Position numbers and translations under genes: made by a program. A stretch of 64,000 nt of DNA from Macrostomum lignano. Its lineage: Eukaryota. Below the pieces are notes generated by a model. It was not told the origin of the DNA. It made no database searches and saw only the letters and a program-made list of their open reading frames with translations. Below, piece after piece: positions 13,266 through 26,447 of this stretch; position 1 is the first letter of the stretch; every line of letters starts with the position of its first letter. The stretch spans positions 198,510-262,509 of the forward strand of contig NIVC01000887.1 of assembly GCA_002269645.1 (NCBI GenBank). Reading direction: 5' to 3'.

Positions 13266-13586
13266 TAAAGAGAGAGGCTGATAAGAGAGAGGCTGATAAG
13301 AGAGAGGCTGATAAGAGAGAGGCTGATAAGAGAGAGGCTGATAAGAGAGAGGCTGATAAGAGAGAGGCTGATAAGAGAGAGGCTGATAAGAGAGAGGCTG
13401 ATAAGAGAGAGGCTGATAAGAGAGAGGCTGATAAGAGAGAGGCTGATAAGAGAGAGGCTGATAAGAGAGAGGCTGATAAGAGAGAGGCTGATAAGAGAGA
13501 GGCTGATAAGAGAGAGGCTGATAAGAGAGCTGATAATAGAGCCGATAAGAGAGGATGATAAGAGAGCTGATAAGAGAGGCTGATAA
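13266..13586. repeat. 15-bp minisatellite (GATAAGAGAGAGGCT)n
   Basis: Visible array; source of the (READK)n and (SLISL)n ORFs. Confidence 0.97.
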
Positions 13587-13709
13587 GCTTGATGGACTGA
13601 GGCAGACATCATAAAGTCACAGAGAGTAAAGCCACGAGACAAAGTCAGAAACCTTGGTTGAGCAATAGTGACTCACCTGAGCCTACTATCCAGTCTCGCG
13701 CAAGTGACG

Positions 13710-13952
13710 TCACTTTTTGGACCCCGGGCGGGCGGGGTTCGCCGGGAAGGGCTTCTTAGCTGAGGCCGGCTTCTTGCCATCCGAGCTGGCGCTGCTATTG
13801 GCGCCGCCCTGTGGCTGTTTGGCGCTGGCTAGACGGCTCTTCAGCGCGGCTTTCCGCTTCTCGAGGGCGTCAGCCTGGCGCTCTTTGGCCGCCGACACCT
13901 GCTGATCATTCTCCTGGGCCTGGGCCAGTAGCTGCCGGCTGCGCTCCTCGTG
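13710..13952 (-). CDS. Coiled-coil terminal coding exon, probably an alternative C-terminus of the Shaw channel
   Basis: Phase-0 acceptor ccgcag|CAC; HEERSRQLLAQAQENDQQVSAAKERQADALEKRKAALKSRL...PGSKK*. A phase-0 GTGAGT donor lies inside Kv exon 4 at 19563. Confidence 0.55.
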   Translation of the reverse strand, partial: HEERSRQLLAQAQENDQQVSAAKERQADALEKRKAALKSRLASAKQPQGGANSSASSDGKKPASAKKPFPANPARPGSKK

Positions 13953-14059
13953 CTGCGGTGCAACGCGAGGATGTGAGATGTCGGAGGTTGAGTCGGGGTC
14001 TAGTTAGAGAGGCCAGTCAACATGCAACTTGCAGTAGGTGCTTTGGGTCTCTGTAGCAA

Positions 14060-17000
14060 ATTACATCACTCCTGCACCCACCTCAATCCTGCACCCACCT
14101 CACTCCTGAAACCACCTCACTCCCGCACCCACCTCACTCCCGCACCCACATCACTCCTGCACCCACATCACTCCTGCACCCACATCACTCCTGCACCCAC
14201 CTCACTCCTGCACCCACCTCACTCCTGCACCCACCTCACTACTGCACCCACCTCACTACTGCACCCACCTCACTCCGACGCCCACCTCACTCCTGCACAC
14301 ACCTCACTCCTGCACCCATTTCACTACTGCACCCACCTCAATCCTGCACCCACCTCACTCATCCACCCACCTCACTCCTGCACCCACCTCACTCCTGCAC
14401 CTACCTCACTCCTACACCCACCTCACTACTGCACCCACCTCACTCCGACGCCCACCATCACTCCTGCACCCACCTCAATAAAGCACCCACCTCAATAAAG
14501 CACCCACCTCAATAAAGCACCCACCTCAATAAAGCACCCACCTCAATAAAGCACCCACCTCAATAAAGCACCCACCTCAATAAAGCACCCACCTCAATAA
14601 AGCACCCACCTCACTCCTGCACCCAACTCAATAAAGCACCCACCTCAATAAAGCACCCACCTCAATAAAGCACCCACCTCAATAAAGCACCCACCTCAAT
14701 AAAGCACCCACCTCAATAAAGCACCCACCTCAATAAAGCACCCACCTCAATAAAGCACCCACCTCAATAAAGCACCCACCTCAATAAAGCACCCACTTCA
14801 ATAAAGCACCCACCTCACTACTGCACCCACCTCACTACTGCACCCACCTCACTCCGACGCCCACCTCACTCCTGCACACACCTCACTCCTGCACCCATTT
14901 CACTACTGCACCCACCTCAATCCTGCACCCACCTCACTCATCCACCCACCTCACTCCTGCACCCACCTCACTCCTGCACCTACCTCACTCCTACACCCAC
15001 CTCACTACTGCACCCACCTCACTCCGACGCCCACCATCACTCCTGCACCCACCTCAATAAAGCACCCACCTCAATAAAGCACCCACCTCAATAAAGCACC
15101 CACCTCAATAAAGCACCCACCTCAATAAAGCACCCACCTCAATAAAGCACCCACCTCAATAAAGCACCCACCTCAATAAAGCACCCACCTCAATAAAGCA
15201 CCCACCTCAATAAAGCACCCACCTCACTCCTGCACCCAACTCAATAAAGCACCCACCTCAATAAAGCACCCACTTCAATAAAGCACCCACCTCAATAAAG
15301 CACCCACCTCAATAAAGCACCCACTTCAATAAAGCACCCACCTCAATAAAGCACCCACCTCAATAAAGCACCCACCTCAATAAAGCACCCACCTCAATAA
15401 AGCACCCACCTCAATAAAGCACCCACCTCAATAAAGCACCCACCTCACTCCTGCACCCAACTCAATAAAGCACCCACCTCAATAAAGCACCCACCTCAAT
15501 AAAGCACCCACCTCAATAAAGCACCCACCTCAATAAAGCACCCACCTCAATAAAGCACCCACCTCAATAAAGCACCCACCTCAATAAAGCACCCACCTCA
15601 ATAAAGCACCCACCTCAATAAAGCACCCACCTCAATAAAGCACCCACTTCAATAAAGCACCCACTTCAATAAAGCACCCACCTCACTACTGCACCCACCT
15701 CACTACTGCACCCACCTCACTCCGACGCCCACCTCACTCCTGCACACACCTCACTCCTGCACCCATTTCACTACTGCACCCACCTCAATCCTGCACCCAC
15801 CTCACTCATCCACCCACCTCACTCCTGCACCCACCTCACTCCTGCACCTACCTCACTCCTACACCCACCTCACTACTGCACCCACCTCACTCCGACGCCC
15901 ACCATCACTCCTGCACCCACCTCAATAAAGCACCCACCTCAATAAAGCACCCACCTCAATAAAGCACCCACCTCAATAAAGCACCCACCTCAATAAAGCA
16001 CCCACCTCAATAAAGCACCCACCTCAATAAAGCACCCACCTCAATAAAGCACCCACCTCAATAAAGCACCCACCTCAATAAAGCACCCACCTCACTCCTG
16101 CACCCAACTCAATAAAGCACCCACCTCACTCCTGCACCCAACTCAATAAAGCACCCACCTCAATAAAGCACCCACTTCAATAAAGCACCCACCTCAATAA
16201 AGCACCCACCTCAATAAAGCACCCACCTCAATAAAGCACCCACCTCAATAAAGCACCCACTTCAATAAAGCACCCACCTCACTACTGCACCCACCTCACT
16301 ACTGCACCCACCTCACTCCGACGCCCACCTCACTCCTGCACACACCTCACTCCTGCACCCATTTCACTACTGCACCCACCTCAATCCTGCACCCACCTCA
16401 CTCATCCACCCACCTCACTCCTGCACCCACCTCACTCCTGCACCTACCTCACTCCTACACCCACCTCACTACTGCACCCACCTCACTCCGACGCCCACCA
16501 TCACTCCTGCACCCACCTCAATAAAGCACCCACCTCAATAAAGCACCCACCTCAATAAAGCACCCACCTCAAAAAAAAGCACCCACCTCAATAAAGCACC
16601 CACCTCAATAAAGCACCCACCTCAATAAAGCACCCACCTCAATAAAGCACCCACCTCAATAAAGCACCCACCTCAATAAAGCACCCACCTCAATAAAGCA
16701 CCCACTTCAATAAAGCACCCACCTCAATAAAGCACCCACCTCAATAAAGCACCCACTTCAATAAAGCACCCACCTCAATAAAGCACCCACCTCAATAAAG
16801 CACCCACCTCACTCCTGCACCCAACTCAATAAAGCACCCACCTCAATAAAGCACCCACCTCAATAAAGCACCCACCTCAATAAAGCACCCACCTCAATAA
16901 AGCACCCACCTCAATAAAGCACCCACCTCAATAAAGCACCCACCTCAATAAAGCACCCACCTCAATAAAGCACCCACCTCAATAAAGCACCCACCTCAAT

Positions 17001-17770
17001 AAAGCACCCACTTCAATAAAGCACCCACCTCACTACTGCACCCACCTCACTACTGCACCCACCTCACTCCGACGCCCACCTCACTCCTGCACACACCTCA
17101 CTCCTGCACCCATTTCACTACTGCACCCACCTCAATCCTGCACCCACCTCACTCATCCACCCACCTCACTCCTGCACCCACCTCACTCCTGCACCTACCT
17201 CACTCCTACACCCACCTCACTACTGCACCCACCTCACTCCGACGCCCACCATCACTCCTGCACCCACCTCAATAAAGCACCCACCTCAATAAAGCACCCA
17301 CCTCAATAAAGCACCCACCTCAATAAAGCACCCACCTCAATAAAGCACCCACCTCAATAAAGCACCCACCTCAATAAAGCACCCACCTCAATAAAGCACC
17401 CACCTCAATAAAGCACCCACCTCAATAAAGCACCCACCTCAATAAAGCACCCACCTCAATAAAGCACCCACCTCACTCCTGCACCCAACTCAATAAAGCA
17501 CCCACCTCAATAAAGCACCCACTTCAATAAAGCACCCACCTCAATAAAGCACCCACCTCAATAAAGCACCCACCTCAATAAAGCACCCACCTCAATAAAG
17601 CACCCACCTCAATAAAGCACCCACCTCAATAAAGCACCCACCTCAATAAAGCACCCACCTCAATAAAGCACCCACCTCAATAAAGCACCCACCTCAATAA
17701 AGCACCCACCTCAATAAAGCACCCACTTCAATAAAGCACCCACCTCACTCCTGCACCCAACTCACTCCTG
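14060..17770. repeat. 3.7-kb satellite of two 17-bp monomers (CACCCACCTCAATAAAG / CACCCACCTCACTCCTG) with higher-order repeats
   Basis: The same ~250-bp variant block recurs at ~14235, 14815, 15680, 16280 and 17030. Confidence 0.96.
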
Positions 17771-18599
17771 CAAGTTCACAGGACTCGAGGAAAGATCTGA
17801 ATTTTCACCCATGAATAGACTTGATAAAAAAACTTCAACAAAAAGATGGCCATCACAAGTGGGAATGATGGGGGCGTAGCGGCGCGGGGTTGAAAGCTTT
17901 TGAGAGCTTCAAACAGAGCGGGAAGCGCAAAGCAGCCACACGCGGGAGCCTAGTTACTTCTGTATCCCAAACCCCACTATGAATTGAATTGACTGCTGAG
18001 CAGTCTGCCACAGCTGGCTTCCCAGCTACCTGTCAGACAGTTCCTCAGTGAGGTATCCCGCTGGGCACTTGAATAATTTAGAGCATTTTGCAGAATTCCC
18101 GCACAGATCCACCCCCCCCCCCACAGCAGCTACGCTGACTCACTGTGACATCCAACTCAAGCTGCAGGAGGACCACCGCCGAGCCCCTCCAGTCTCACCC
18201 TGCTGCCTTCATTTGAGCATGTTGCCATGCGGGTAGAACAGATGCCCAACCCTGATATGAGGCACAAGCCCGCAGCGGCAACAGGCAGCTGACAGAAGCC
18301 AGTTTATCCCGCACCCTAGCTCCTAGCAGAAATAACTCAACAGAATGGCCACTCAACTGCCTCATCTTTACACTTGAGTCGACCAGCAGCCCTATGGTCT
18401 CGCTGAAAAAATTCATTAGCATATTTACAGGTATTTTCAGAACTAAATTCTGGATTATGCAATATGCTTCAATATACTTGAATGTCAATAAAGTTATATG
18501 CTGTGCTTGTACCATAGACTACGTGACTGAGAAATGCCAGCTCTCAGTCTCAGCGACTGCCAGTTCAACTATAGCTTTTTGTGTTCTAGTTTGGACCGC

Positions 18600-19329
18600 G
18601 GGCTTTTAATTTGGACACAGAGTTGAGCAAAGCCCAGAGAATGCTGGCTAGTCTATGGCACAAACCAGAAGCAACTGACGGGCTTTTAATTTGGACACAG
18701 AGTTGAGCAAAGCCCAGAGAATGCTGGCTAGTCTATGGCACAAACCAGAAGCAACTGACGGGCTTTTAATTTGGACACAGAGTTGAGCAAAGCCCAGATA
18801 ATGCTGGCTAGTCTATGGCACAAACCAGAAGCAACTGACGGGCTTTTAATTTGGACACAGAGTTGAGCAAAGCCCAGATAATGCTGGCTAGTCTATGGCA
18901 CAAACCAGAAGCAACTGACGGGCTTTTAATTTGGACACAGAGTTGAGCAAAGCCCAGATAATGCTGGCTAGTCTATGGCACAAACCAGAAGCAACTGACG
19001 GGCTTTTAATTTGGACACAGAGTTGAGCAAAGCCCAGATAATGCTGGCTAGTCTATGGCACAAACCAGAAGCAACTGACGGGCTTTTAATTTGGACACAG
19101 AGTTGAGCAAAGCCCAGATAATGCTGGCTAGTCTATGGCACAAACCAGAAGCAACTGACGGGCTTTTAATTTGGACACAGAGTTGAGCAAAGCCCAGATA
19201 ATGCTGGCTAGTCTATGGCACAAACCAGAAGCAACTGACGGGCTTTTAATTTGGACACAGAGTTGAGCAAAGCCCAGATAATGCTGGCTAGTCTATGGCA
19301 CAAACCAGAAGCAACTGACGGGCTTTTAA
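18600..19329. repeat. 80-bp tandem repeat, ~9 near-identical copies
   Basis: GGCTTTTAATTTGGACACAG recurs at 18601, 18681, 18761, 18841 and onward. Confidence 0.97.
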
Positions 19330-19424
19330 ATGAGGTAGATATGCCACCCATCAGAGAGCTCTGAAGAGAGCAATAAAAGGCTCACACCATGCTCTATTAA
19401 AATACAAATTTGCATCGTCTGTGC

Positions 19425-19505
19425 ATTCTGTGCCTGGAGGGGGGGCTCCAAATGTATATGGCCGCGCGCGGAATTGAACCACGGGTCCTAGCGCGAGAGT
19501 CAGAC
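19425..19505 (-). mobile_element. tRNA-derived SINE fragment abutting the Kv stop codon
   Basis: B box GGTTCAATTCC (19470-19480, minus strand) followed by ggccatatacatttggag, similar to the SINE body start. Confidence 0.45.
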
Positions 19506-19509
19506 TCAA

Positions 19510-20169
19510 CTAAAACAACTCCATCAGTCTAGCGGACATTCCATTATAAAACGCGCCACTCACTTCCTCGTTGACCCGAGCCTCGTCCATGTCGAGGTCC
19601 AGCACCTCCTGCACGGGCGTCATCGGAGCCCGACGGGCGAAAAACCTCGGCCCAGTCGGCGCCGCGAAAGCCGTCAGAGTCGACGAATCCTCGGTGGTCT
19701 GGCCGCCGCCGCCGCCGCCGCTCTGATCCCCGCCTCCTCTGGGCGTCATCAAGGTGACCTTGTCAGTCTGATAGGCCGACTTCTTGGCGTCGCTCAGATT
19801 CAAATTGTTCCACATCACCGACATGGCCACGCTGTTGACTGAGACGGTCTTCCCCGCGGCTCCGTCGCCGCCGCCGCCGCCGTACAGGTCAGAGCTGTCA
19901 GGCACCGGGGCGTCCCCTGGCGCCTTCTTGAACTTGCTGAGCGCGGCCATGATTCCCGTTGGCTTCTTCAGATCCTTCTGCGGCACCCGCTTGATGCGCC
20001 AGTACTCTTTAGGCTTCTTGTTGCGCGACTGGGCGTGCGAATAGTACATTGCGAAGTTGTTCACCACGATAGGCACAGTGAAGGCGATGGTCAGGACGCC
20101 GAAGATCACGCAGATGCAGCCGATTGCGTAGCCGGCAGCTTGGCGAGGAACGAAGTCGCCGTATCCGAC
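19510..20169 (-). CDS. Shaw: Shaw/Kv3 potassium channel, exon 4 (GYGD, S6, C-terminus)
   Basis: cag|GTC; VGYGDFVPRQAAGYAIGCICVIFGVLTIAFTVPIVVNNFAMYYSHAQ. NFAMYYSH is Shaw-typical. Confidence 0.93.
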   Translation of the reverse strand, partial: VGYGDFVPRQAAGYAIGCICVIFGVLTIAFTVPIVVNNFAMYYSHAQSRNKKPKEYWRIKRVPQKDLKKPTGIMAALSKFKKAPGDAPVPDSSDLYGGGGGDGAAGKTVSVNSVAMSVMWNNLNLSDAKKSAYQTDKVTLMTPRGGGDQSGGGGGGQTTEDSSTLTAFAAPTGPRFFARRAPMTPVQEVLDLDMDEARVNEEVSGAFYNGMSARLMELF

Positions 20170-20376
20170 CTGAGGGTTCAGGTGGAGGACGTTTTAATCA
20201 TTGGAAAACTGTTCAGGCTGATCCTTAGGGGATGGGCCTGAGGATATCCTGTGTTTGCGGCTGGGGAAGTTGTAAGGATCACGGATAGAAAGGTATTGTT
20301 GATGAACAGGTACTGATAGACTGATAGACTGGGTACCGACAGGTATCCATAGATGTCTAGCGTTGATGGACGTCTT

Positions 20377-20985
<609 letters not shown>

Positions 20986-21051
20986 TAAATAAAGACCGAA
21001 AGACTCGTGAAGTGAAGAATTTAACTCAGAGGCATCGCCGCAAAAACTCAC

Positions 21052-21708
21052 CGTAGTCATGGTAACCAGGGCCCACCACAGGCCCAGCGGTATATTTTTG
21101 AAGCTCTCCCGCTCGACCAGGTGAATGATGGAGCCGAAGATCACTGCGCCAACGAATAGGAACACGATCATGAGCATGAGCTCGCGCAGCGATATCTTGA
21201 TGGTGTAGACGAGAATCTTGAAGGCGTTATAGTGCTTAACGAGCTTGAAGATTCGCAGGATTCGCACAATTCTCAGGCCGCGCAAAAGTCGCAGATTCAT
21301 AGCGGTTTTCACCAATGGCGACGAATAGTCGAGAGATTCGAGCGAGTTCATCACCACGGAGACCGTGTGCGTGAGCACGCAGATGATGTCGATCCAGTTG
21401 AGAAAGTCGGTGAAGTAGGCCCGGAAGCTGGGCGCAAAGAACACGCGGACGATGAATTCGATAACAAATAAGGCGTACAGAGCGTAGTCGATGTTGATGA
21501 GCACCGGATGCGGCTCTGTTTCATCGTAATTGTAGTTCAAGGTGCCGGGCACGTGCTGCGGGTCGACGTAGGAGCCGCAGGGCATCGCGCAGTTGGCCGC
21601 CGGCACCTTGCTGGCATTGCCGATGGGGACACGGAAGCCTTCGTAGGTCTCGGCGACAAAGCAGACGATGCTGATGACAACCAGGAGCATGGAGGTGAAC
21701 ACGTACAC
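21052..21708 (-). CDS. Shaw: Shaw/Kv3 channel, exon 3 (S1-S5, pore helix)
   Basis: S4 [20 protein letters not shown]; pore [14 protein letters not shown] then GTGAGT; phase 0 at both ends. Confidence 0.95.
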
Positions 21709-21724
21709 CTGAGGATGTGAGGAG

Positions 21725-22460
21725 ACATAGACAATTTCATTCTATTATCAGCTGATTGCCATAGACAATTGCATTCTATTTATTATCAGCTGATTGCCAT
21801 AGACAATTGCATTCTATTATCAGCTGATAGCCATAGACAATTGCATTCTATTATCAGCTGATTGCCATAGACAATTGCATTCTATTATCAGCTGATAGCC
21901 ATAGACAATTGTATTCTACGTCGTATTATCAGCTGATTGCCATAGACAATTGCATTCTATTATCAGCTGATTGCCATAGACAATCGCATTCTATTTATTA
22001 TCAGCTGATTGCCATAGACAATTACATTCTATTTTTTATCAGCTGATTGCCATAGACAATTGCATTCAATTTATTATCAGCTGATTGCCATAGACAATTT
22101 AATTCTATTATCAGCTGATAGCCATAGACAATTGCATTCTATTATCAGCTGATTGCCATAGACAATTGCATTCTATTATCAGCTGATAGCCATAGACAAT
22201 TGCATTCTATTATCAGCTGATTGCCATAGACAATTGCATTCTATTATCAGCTGATTGCCATAGACAATTGCATTCTATTATCAGCTGATAGCCATAGACA
22301 ATTGCATTCTATTATCAGCTGATTGCCATAGACAATTGCATTCTATTATCAGCTGATTGCCATAGACAATTTCATTCTATTATCAGCTGATAGCCATAGA
22401 CAATTGCATTCTATTATCAGCTGATTGCCATAGACAATTGCATTCTATTGTCAGCTGACT
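21725..22460. repeat. 34-bp minisatellite (GCCATAGACAATTGCATTCTATTATCAGCTGATT)n
   Basis: Visible array directly beside the exon-3 acceptor. Confidence 0.96.
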
Positions 22461-23054
22461 TTAGTCTGTTTTTAGTCTGAGAGGCTGTGGTTGCCTCAGA
22501 GACTAGTCCCAGATCATTGACGATTATCATATTGACTGTCCAATTAACAGTATCAGTTTGTTTGACAAAGCAACGCGAACACGAAATACAATACGAAATT
22601 TCTTATCGAGACACGCACGTGAACGTCTAACCATTTAAACGCTTTAAAGATCTTTTAGGAAAATATAATACTTCTGAAGACTGGCAAACAAGCAGAGCTC
22701 TAATAAATTTGAAAACCGATTTTTTACACAGTTTTTTGATGAAAAAACTCTGTGATGCATTTAAAAGCGTTCCAGTCTCCAACAATATATATATTTTTTA
22801 ATTTAATTTCGTAAACTTGTAACACTAGCCCGCATCAAATGCATATTAAATGCATGGCACATTCGAAATTAAGAAAGTAACAAACTGGCCGCATGGAGCA
22901 AAGAAGCGGAGTCTTTCCTAGCTCGCTGTTGCATATTAAACTACATTGCAATATTTTTATTGCCCTACGTCTTCTTAAAATCAGACGAAGTTTAAACAGA
23001 AAAATAATTAAGGCGCGCGTGCAAATAGTTTGAGTACGAAACATTCTTGACGCC

Positions 23055-23905
23055 AACCTCACGCCCTGCCTCTCTTTGACACCCACCTCACGCCTTGCCC
23101 CTCTTGACACCCACCTCACGCCTTGCCCCTCTTGACACCCACCTCACGCCGTGCCCCTTTTGATACCCACCTCACGCCTTGCCCTTCTTGACACCCACCT
23201 CACGCCTTGCCCCTCTTGACACCCACCTCACGCCTTGCCCCTCTTGACACCCACCTCACGCCGTGCCCCTTTTGATACCCACCTCACGCCTTGCCCTTCT
23301 TGACACCCACCTCACGCCTTGCCCCTCTTGACACCCACCTCACGCCTTGCCCCTCTTGACACCCACCTCACGCCGTGCCCCTTTTGATACCCACCTCACG
23401 CCTTGCCCTTCTTGACACCCACCTCACGCCTTGCCCCTCTTGACACCCACCTCACGCCTTGCCCCTCTTGACACCCACCTCACGCCTTGCCCCTCTTGAC
23501 AACCACCTCACGCCTTGCCCCTCTTGACACCCACCGCACGCCTTGCCCCTCTTGACACCCACCGCACGCCTTGCCCCTCTTGACACCCACCTCATGCCTT
23601 GTCCTTCTTGACACCCACCTCACGCCTTGTCCTTCTTGACACCCACCTCACGCCTTGTCCTTCTTGACACCCACCTCACGCCTTGTCCTTCTTGACACCC
23701 ACCTCACGCCTTGTCCTTCTTGACACCCACCTCACGCCTTGTCCTTCTTGACACCCACCTCACGCCTTGTCCTTCTTGACACCCACCTCACGCCTTGTCC
23801 TTCTTGACACCCACCGCACGCCTTGTCCTTCTTGACACCCACCGCACGCCTTGCCCCTCTTGACACCCACCTCACGCCTTGTCCTTCTTGACACCCACCT
23901 CATAC
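23055..23905. repeat. 28-bp minisatellite (CACCCACCTCACGCCTTGCCCCTCTTGA)n
   Basis: Visible array. Confidence 0.96.
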
Positions 23906-24364
23906 CCTGCCCTTTACACACGAGTCGGTTTAAAGAAGCTGAAACTTTGATGCAGCAAGCAAGAATTCAGCGCTGTGAATAGATCGATTTGTAGAAAAAG
24001 TGACTAAAGAATTTATGTAAAACACAATTCTAATAGAATTTAGCGCTCTAAAAAGTCCGTAAGAAACTACGAGTACGTGGTACAGAAAAGGACACACTTG
24101 AGAGCAGCATCGTTTGTTTTTTAGCACAAAAATTTGCACTTAGACCCAAAACATACTTCAAAATAGCATCTTGCAGTCTAGTTTTAGCAACTGGCATTCT
24201 ATTTAGACGCTTGTGAAACTTAGTTGTGCGACGAGTTAGACTGCAAAATGCTATATTCCTTTTTGCGGCCTAGTTGGTGCTGCAAGCTTTCAATTTACGC
24301 TCGTAATCATAGATACGAAAATCAGGCTTGCTATGCCAGCGAGTGTCGACCATAGACAGAAAAT

Positions 24365-25683
24365 TTTCCGGCTGTCCGGAAAGTCGTGAGAATGTGTCAA
24401 TTAAGTAAGAAAACAGCAAGCTGTTGAGGTGGCACACAGAAATGTTCAATAATAGACTCATATATGTCTATGGTGAAAATTCTTGTTACTCTAGTAATTG
24501 GGGGCAGGAGCGAGCTCAGTATAAAGTGCTCAATAGCAAATGCAACGCGGTGATCAAGCTTGAAAATTTTGACAGCGAGTTCTTCAAAATGGAAGACTTC
24601 CAGGGTTATGCCTATGCTAGATACCGTCTTGGAATCTCCGCTCTCAGCTGCAATGACGAGCTGCTCAAAGTTTATGGAGATGCTGCACCAGGTCAGTCAA
24701 CGGTTTACAGATGGTATTCGAAGTTCCGTGACGAAGCATTTCCCCCGGTCTCAGCTCCTCGGACTGGCCGGCCACGGTCAACAAGGACAGCGGAACTGAT
24801 CGAAACCTGCCAAGCTCTTGTTGAAGAGGATCAAAAAGTTTGTGTCCGAGACCTCGCTGACTTTTTGGAAGTTGGAAAAACAACAGTGCGCGAAATTTTG
24901 ACTGAGATTTGCACCTTCGAAACGTTTCTGCTGTCTGGGTTCCGCATGCTCTATCCGAGGAGAACAAGACTGCTCGCATCAATTGTGCCAAGCAAATTCG
25001 CAGGCTTTTTTACGAGGGCATGGAAAACTTTTGTGACAAGTACGTGGTGGAGAATGAGACGTGGGTGATATACCTGAACAACACTGGCACAAAGCAAAAC
25101 AACAGGTGCTGGCTTGGCCAAGGGGATCATCGGCCCCAGGTTGTCAGGCACTCATTCGGCAATGCAAAGACAATGCTTCTGGTTGCTTTTACTCCAAACA
25201 AGCGCTTCTCCATTAAATCCACAGCCCCAAAGCAAACTGTTGATGCAAATGGCATAGTTGAGTTCATTCGGCACACCGGAGACCTATGGCGTACTCTCAG
25301 GTCAAGGCCAATTCATCTGACAATTGCGCGATCTCAAGTGGCTCGTTCTGTACAGCAGTACATGGAGTCCCGTGGAGTTCAGCTGGTGTTTCAGAGTCCT
25401 TACAGCCCAGACTTCAATTTTTGCGACCGTTTTTTGTTCAGTTGGATGAAGACAGGCGAGTGTTCAGCGACCACAATGAAGTTCGAGAAGCTGCGTTGCA
25501 ATGGGCAAGAGACCTTGACGAAGATTGCTTGAAAAGAGAGGTTCAGCGACTCGTTGACCATTTCCAAGCTGTAATCAACGCAAGGGGAGATTACATTACC
25601 AACTAGTACAGTTATCGTGTTTTCTGATAGTTCTGACTGGTTTTTAAAATACATTCTCACGACTTTCCGGACAGACGGGAGTA
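24365..25683 (+). mobile_element. Mariner (Tc1/mariner) DNA transposon, inactive, in Kv intron 2
   Basis: TIR core CTGTCCGGAAAGTCGTGAGAATGT at 24372-24395 and inverted at 25651-25674; TA at the right end; outer left end degenerate. Confidence 0.9.
24589..25606 (+). pseudogene. Mariner transposase pseudogene
   Basis: HTH (STVYRWYSKF, GRPR), WVPHAL and YSPDF motifs are split over three frames. DETW is changed to NETW and the HDNA segment is missing. Confidence 0.9.
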
Positions 25684-25793
25684 TAACACGTGATCGCTAA
25701 AATAAATTTTAAGTGTAACTAAACAGAAGATAAATAATCGAAGACGTTAATTCGGCATCATCACAGAAAGTACATTTTACCTACTTTAAAGTA

Positions 25794-26447
25794 TAACGGG
25801 TGTCCTAAAAAAAGGTAACACTTTGTGCGCTCACTGTGGGTGAGCAGTTAGGCCTATAGCACAGTAATTTAACAGGTCCACAGTAAACATTTGTAAGTTT
25901 TTCCCACAAACATTTGGTTGCGAAAAATTGCTCCAGAGGCGAGTTATTGAGCACAGAAGCATTAATCTTCAGAAGCATTAAGCTGCCATAGACAATCTTA
26001 ACGTTTAAGAAATTTAAGAAATTTTAACGTTAGATCAGTCTCAGAGTCTGCATGCTCTGTCATTTTTCTTACGCAAAAGATTGTCTATGGCCTCCGTCTA
26101 TGGCAAAGCTTAGCAGAGAAGCTAGCGTACACTTACAAGCTCAAAAAATCAATAACGATTTTTCAAATAAACTGCTATTTGACCACACCGTCTCAGAGTC
26201 TATGCTCCTTAAGATTTTTTAAAGCAAAAGATTGTCTATGGCAGCTGTGTATGGCAAAGCTTGGCAGAAAAGCTAGCGTACACTTCTGTGCTCAATAACT
26301 CGCCTCTGTAGCAATTTTTCGCAACCAAATGTTTGTGGGAAAAACTTATAAATGTTTACTGTGGACCTGTTAAATTACTGTGCTATAGGCCTAACTGCTC
26401 ACTCACAGTGAGCGCACAAAGTGTTACCTTTTTTGGGACACCCGTTA
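25794..26447. mobile_element. Foldback MITE, ~165-bp TIRs, TA flanks (Tc1/mariner-type)
   Basis: 25794-25959 is the near-perfect reverse complement of 26283-26447; ends TA-ACGGGTGTCC...GGACACCCGT-TA. Confidence 0.88.

Noticed and set aside
17766-17812. Short ATG exon (MGENSDLSSSPVNLQ) as first exon of the 13.7-kb exon
   Set aside because: Its phase-2 donor fits no good acceptor, and its GTGAGT derives from the satellite monomer.
18600-19329. CRISPR-like appearance of the 80-bp, 49-bp and 47-bp arrays
   Set aside because: Units are head-to-tail with no unique spacers, no cas genes are present, and the context is eukaryotic.
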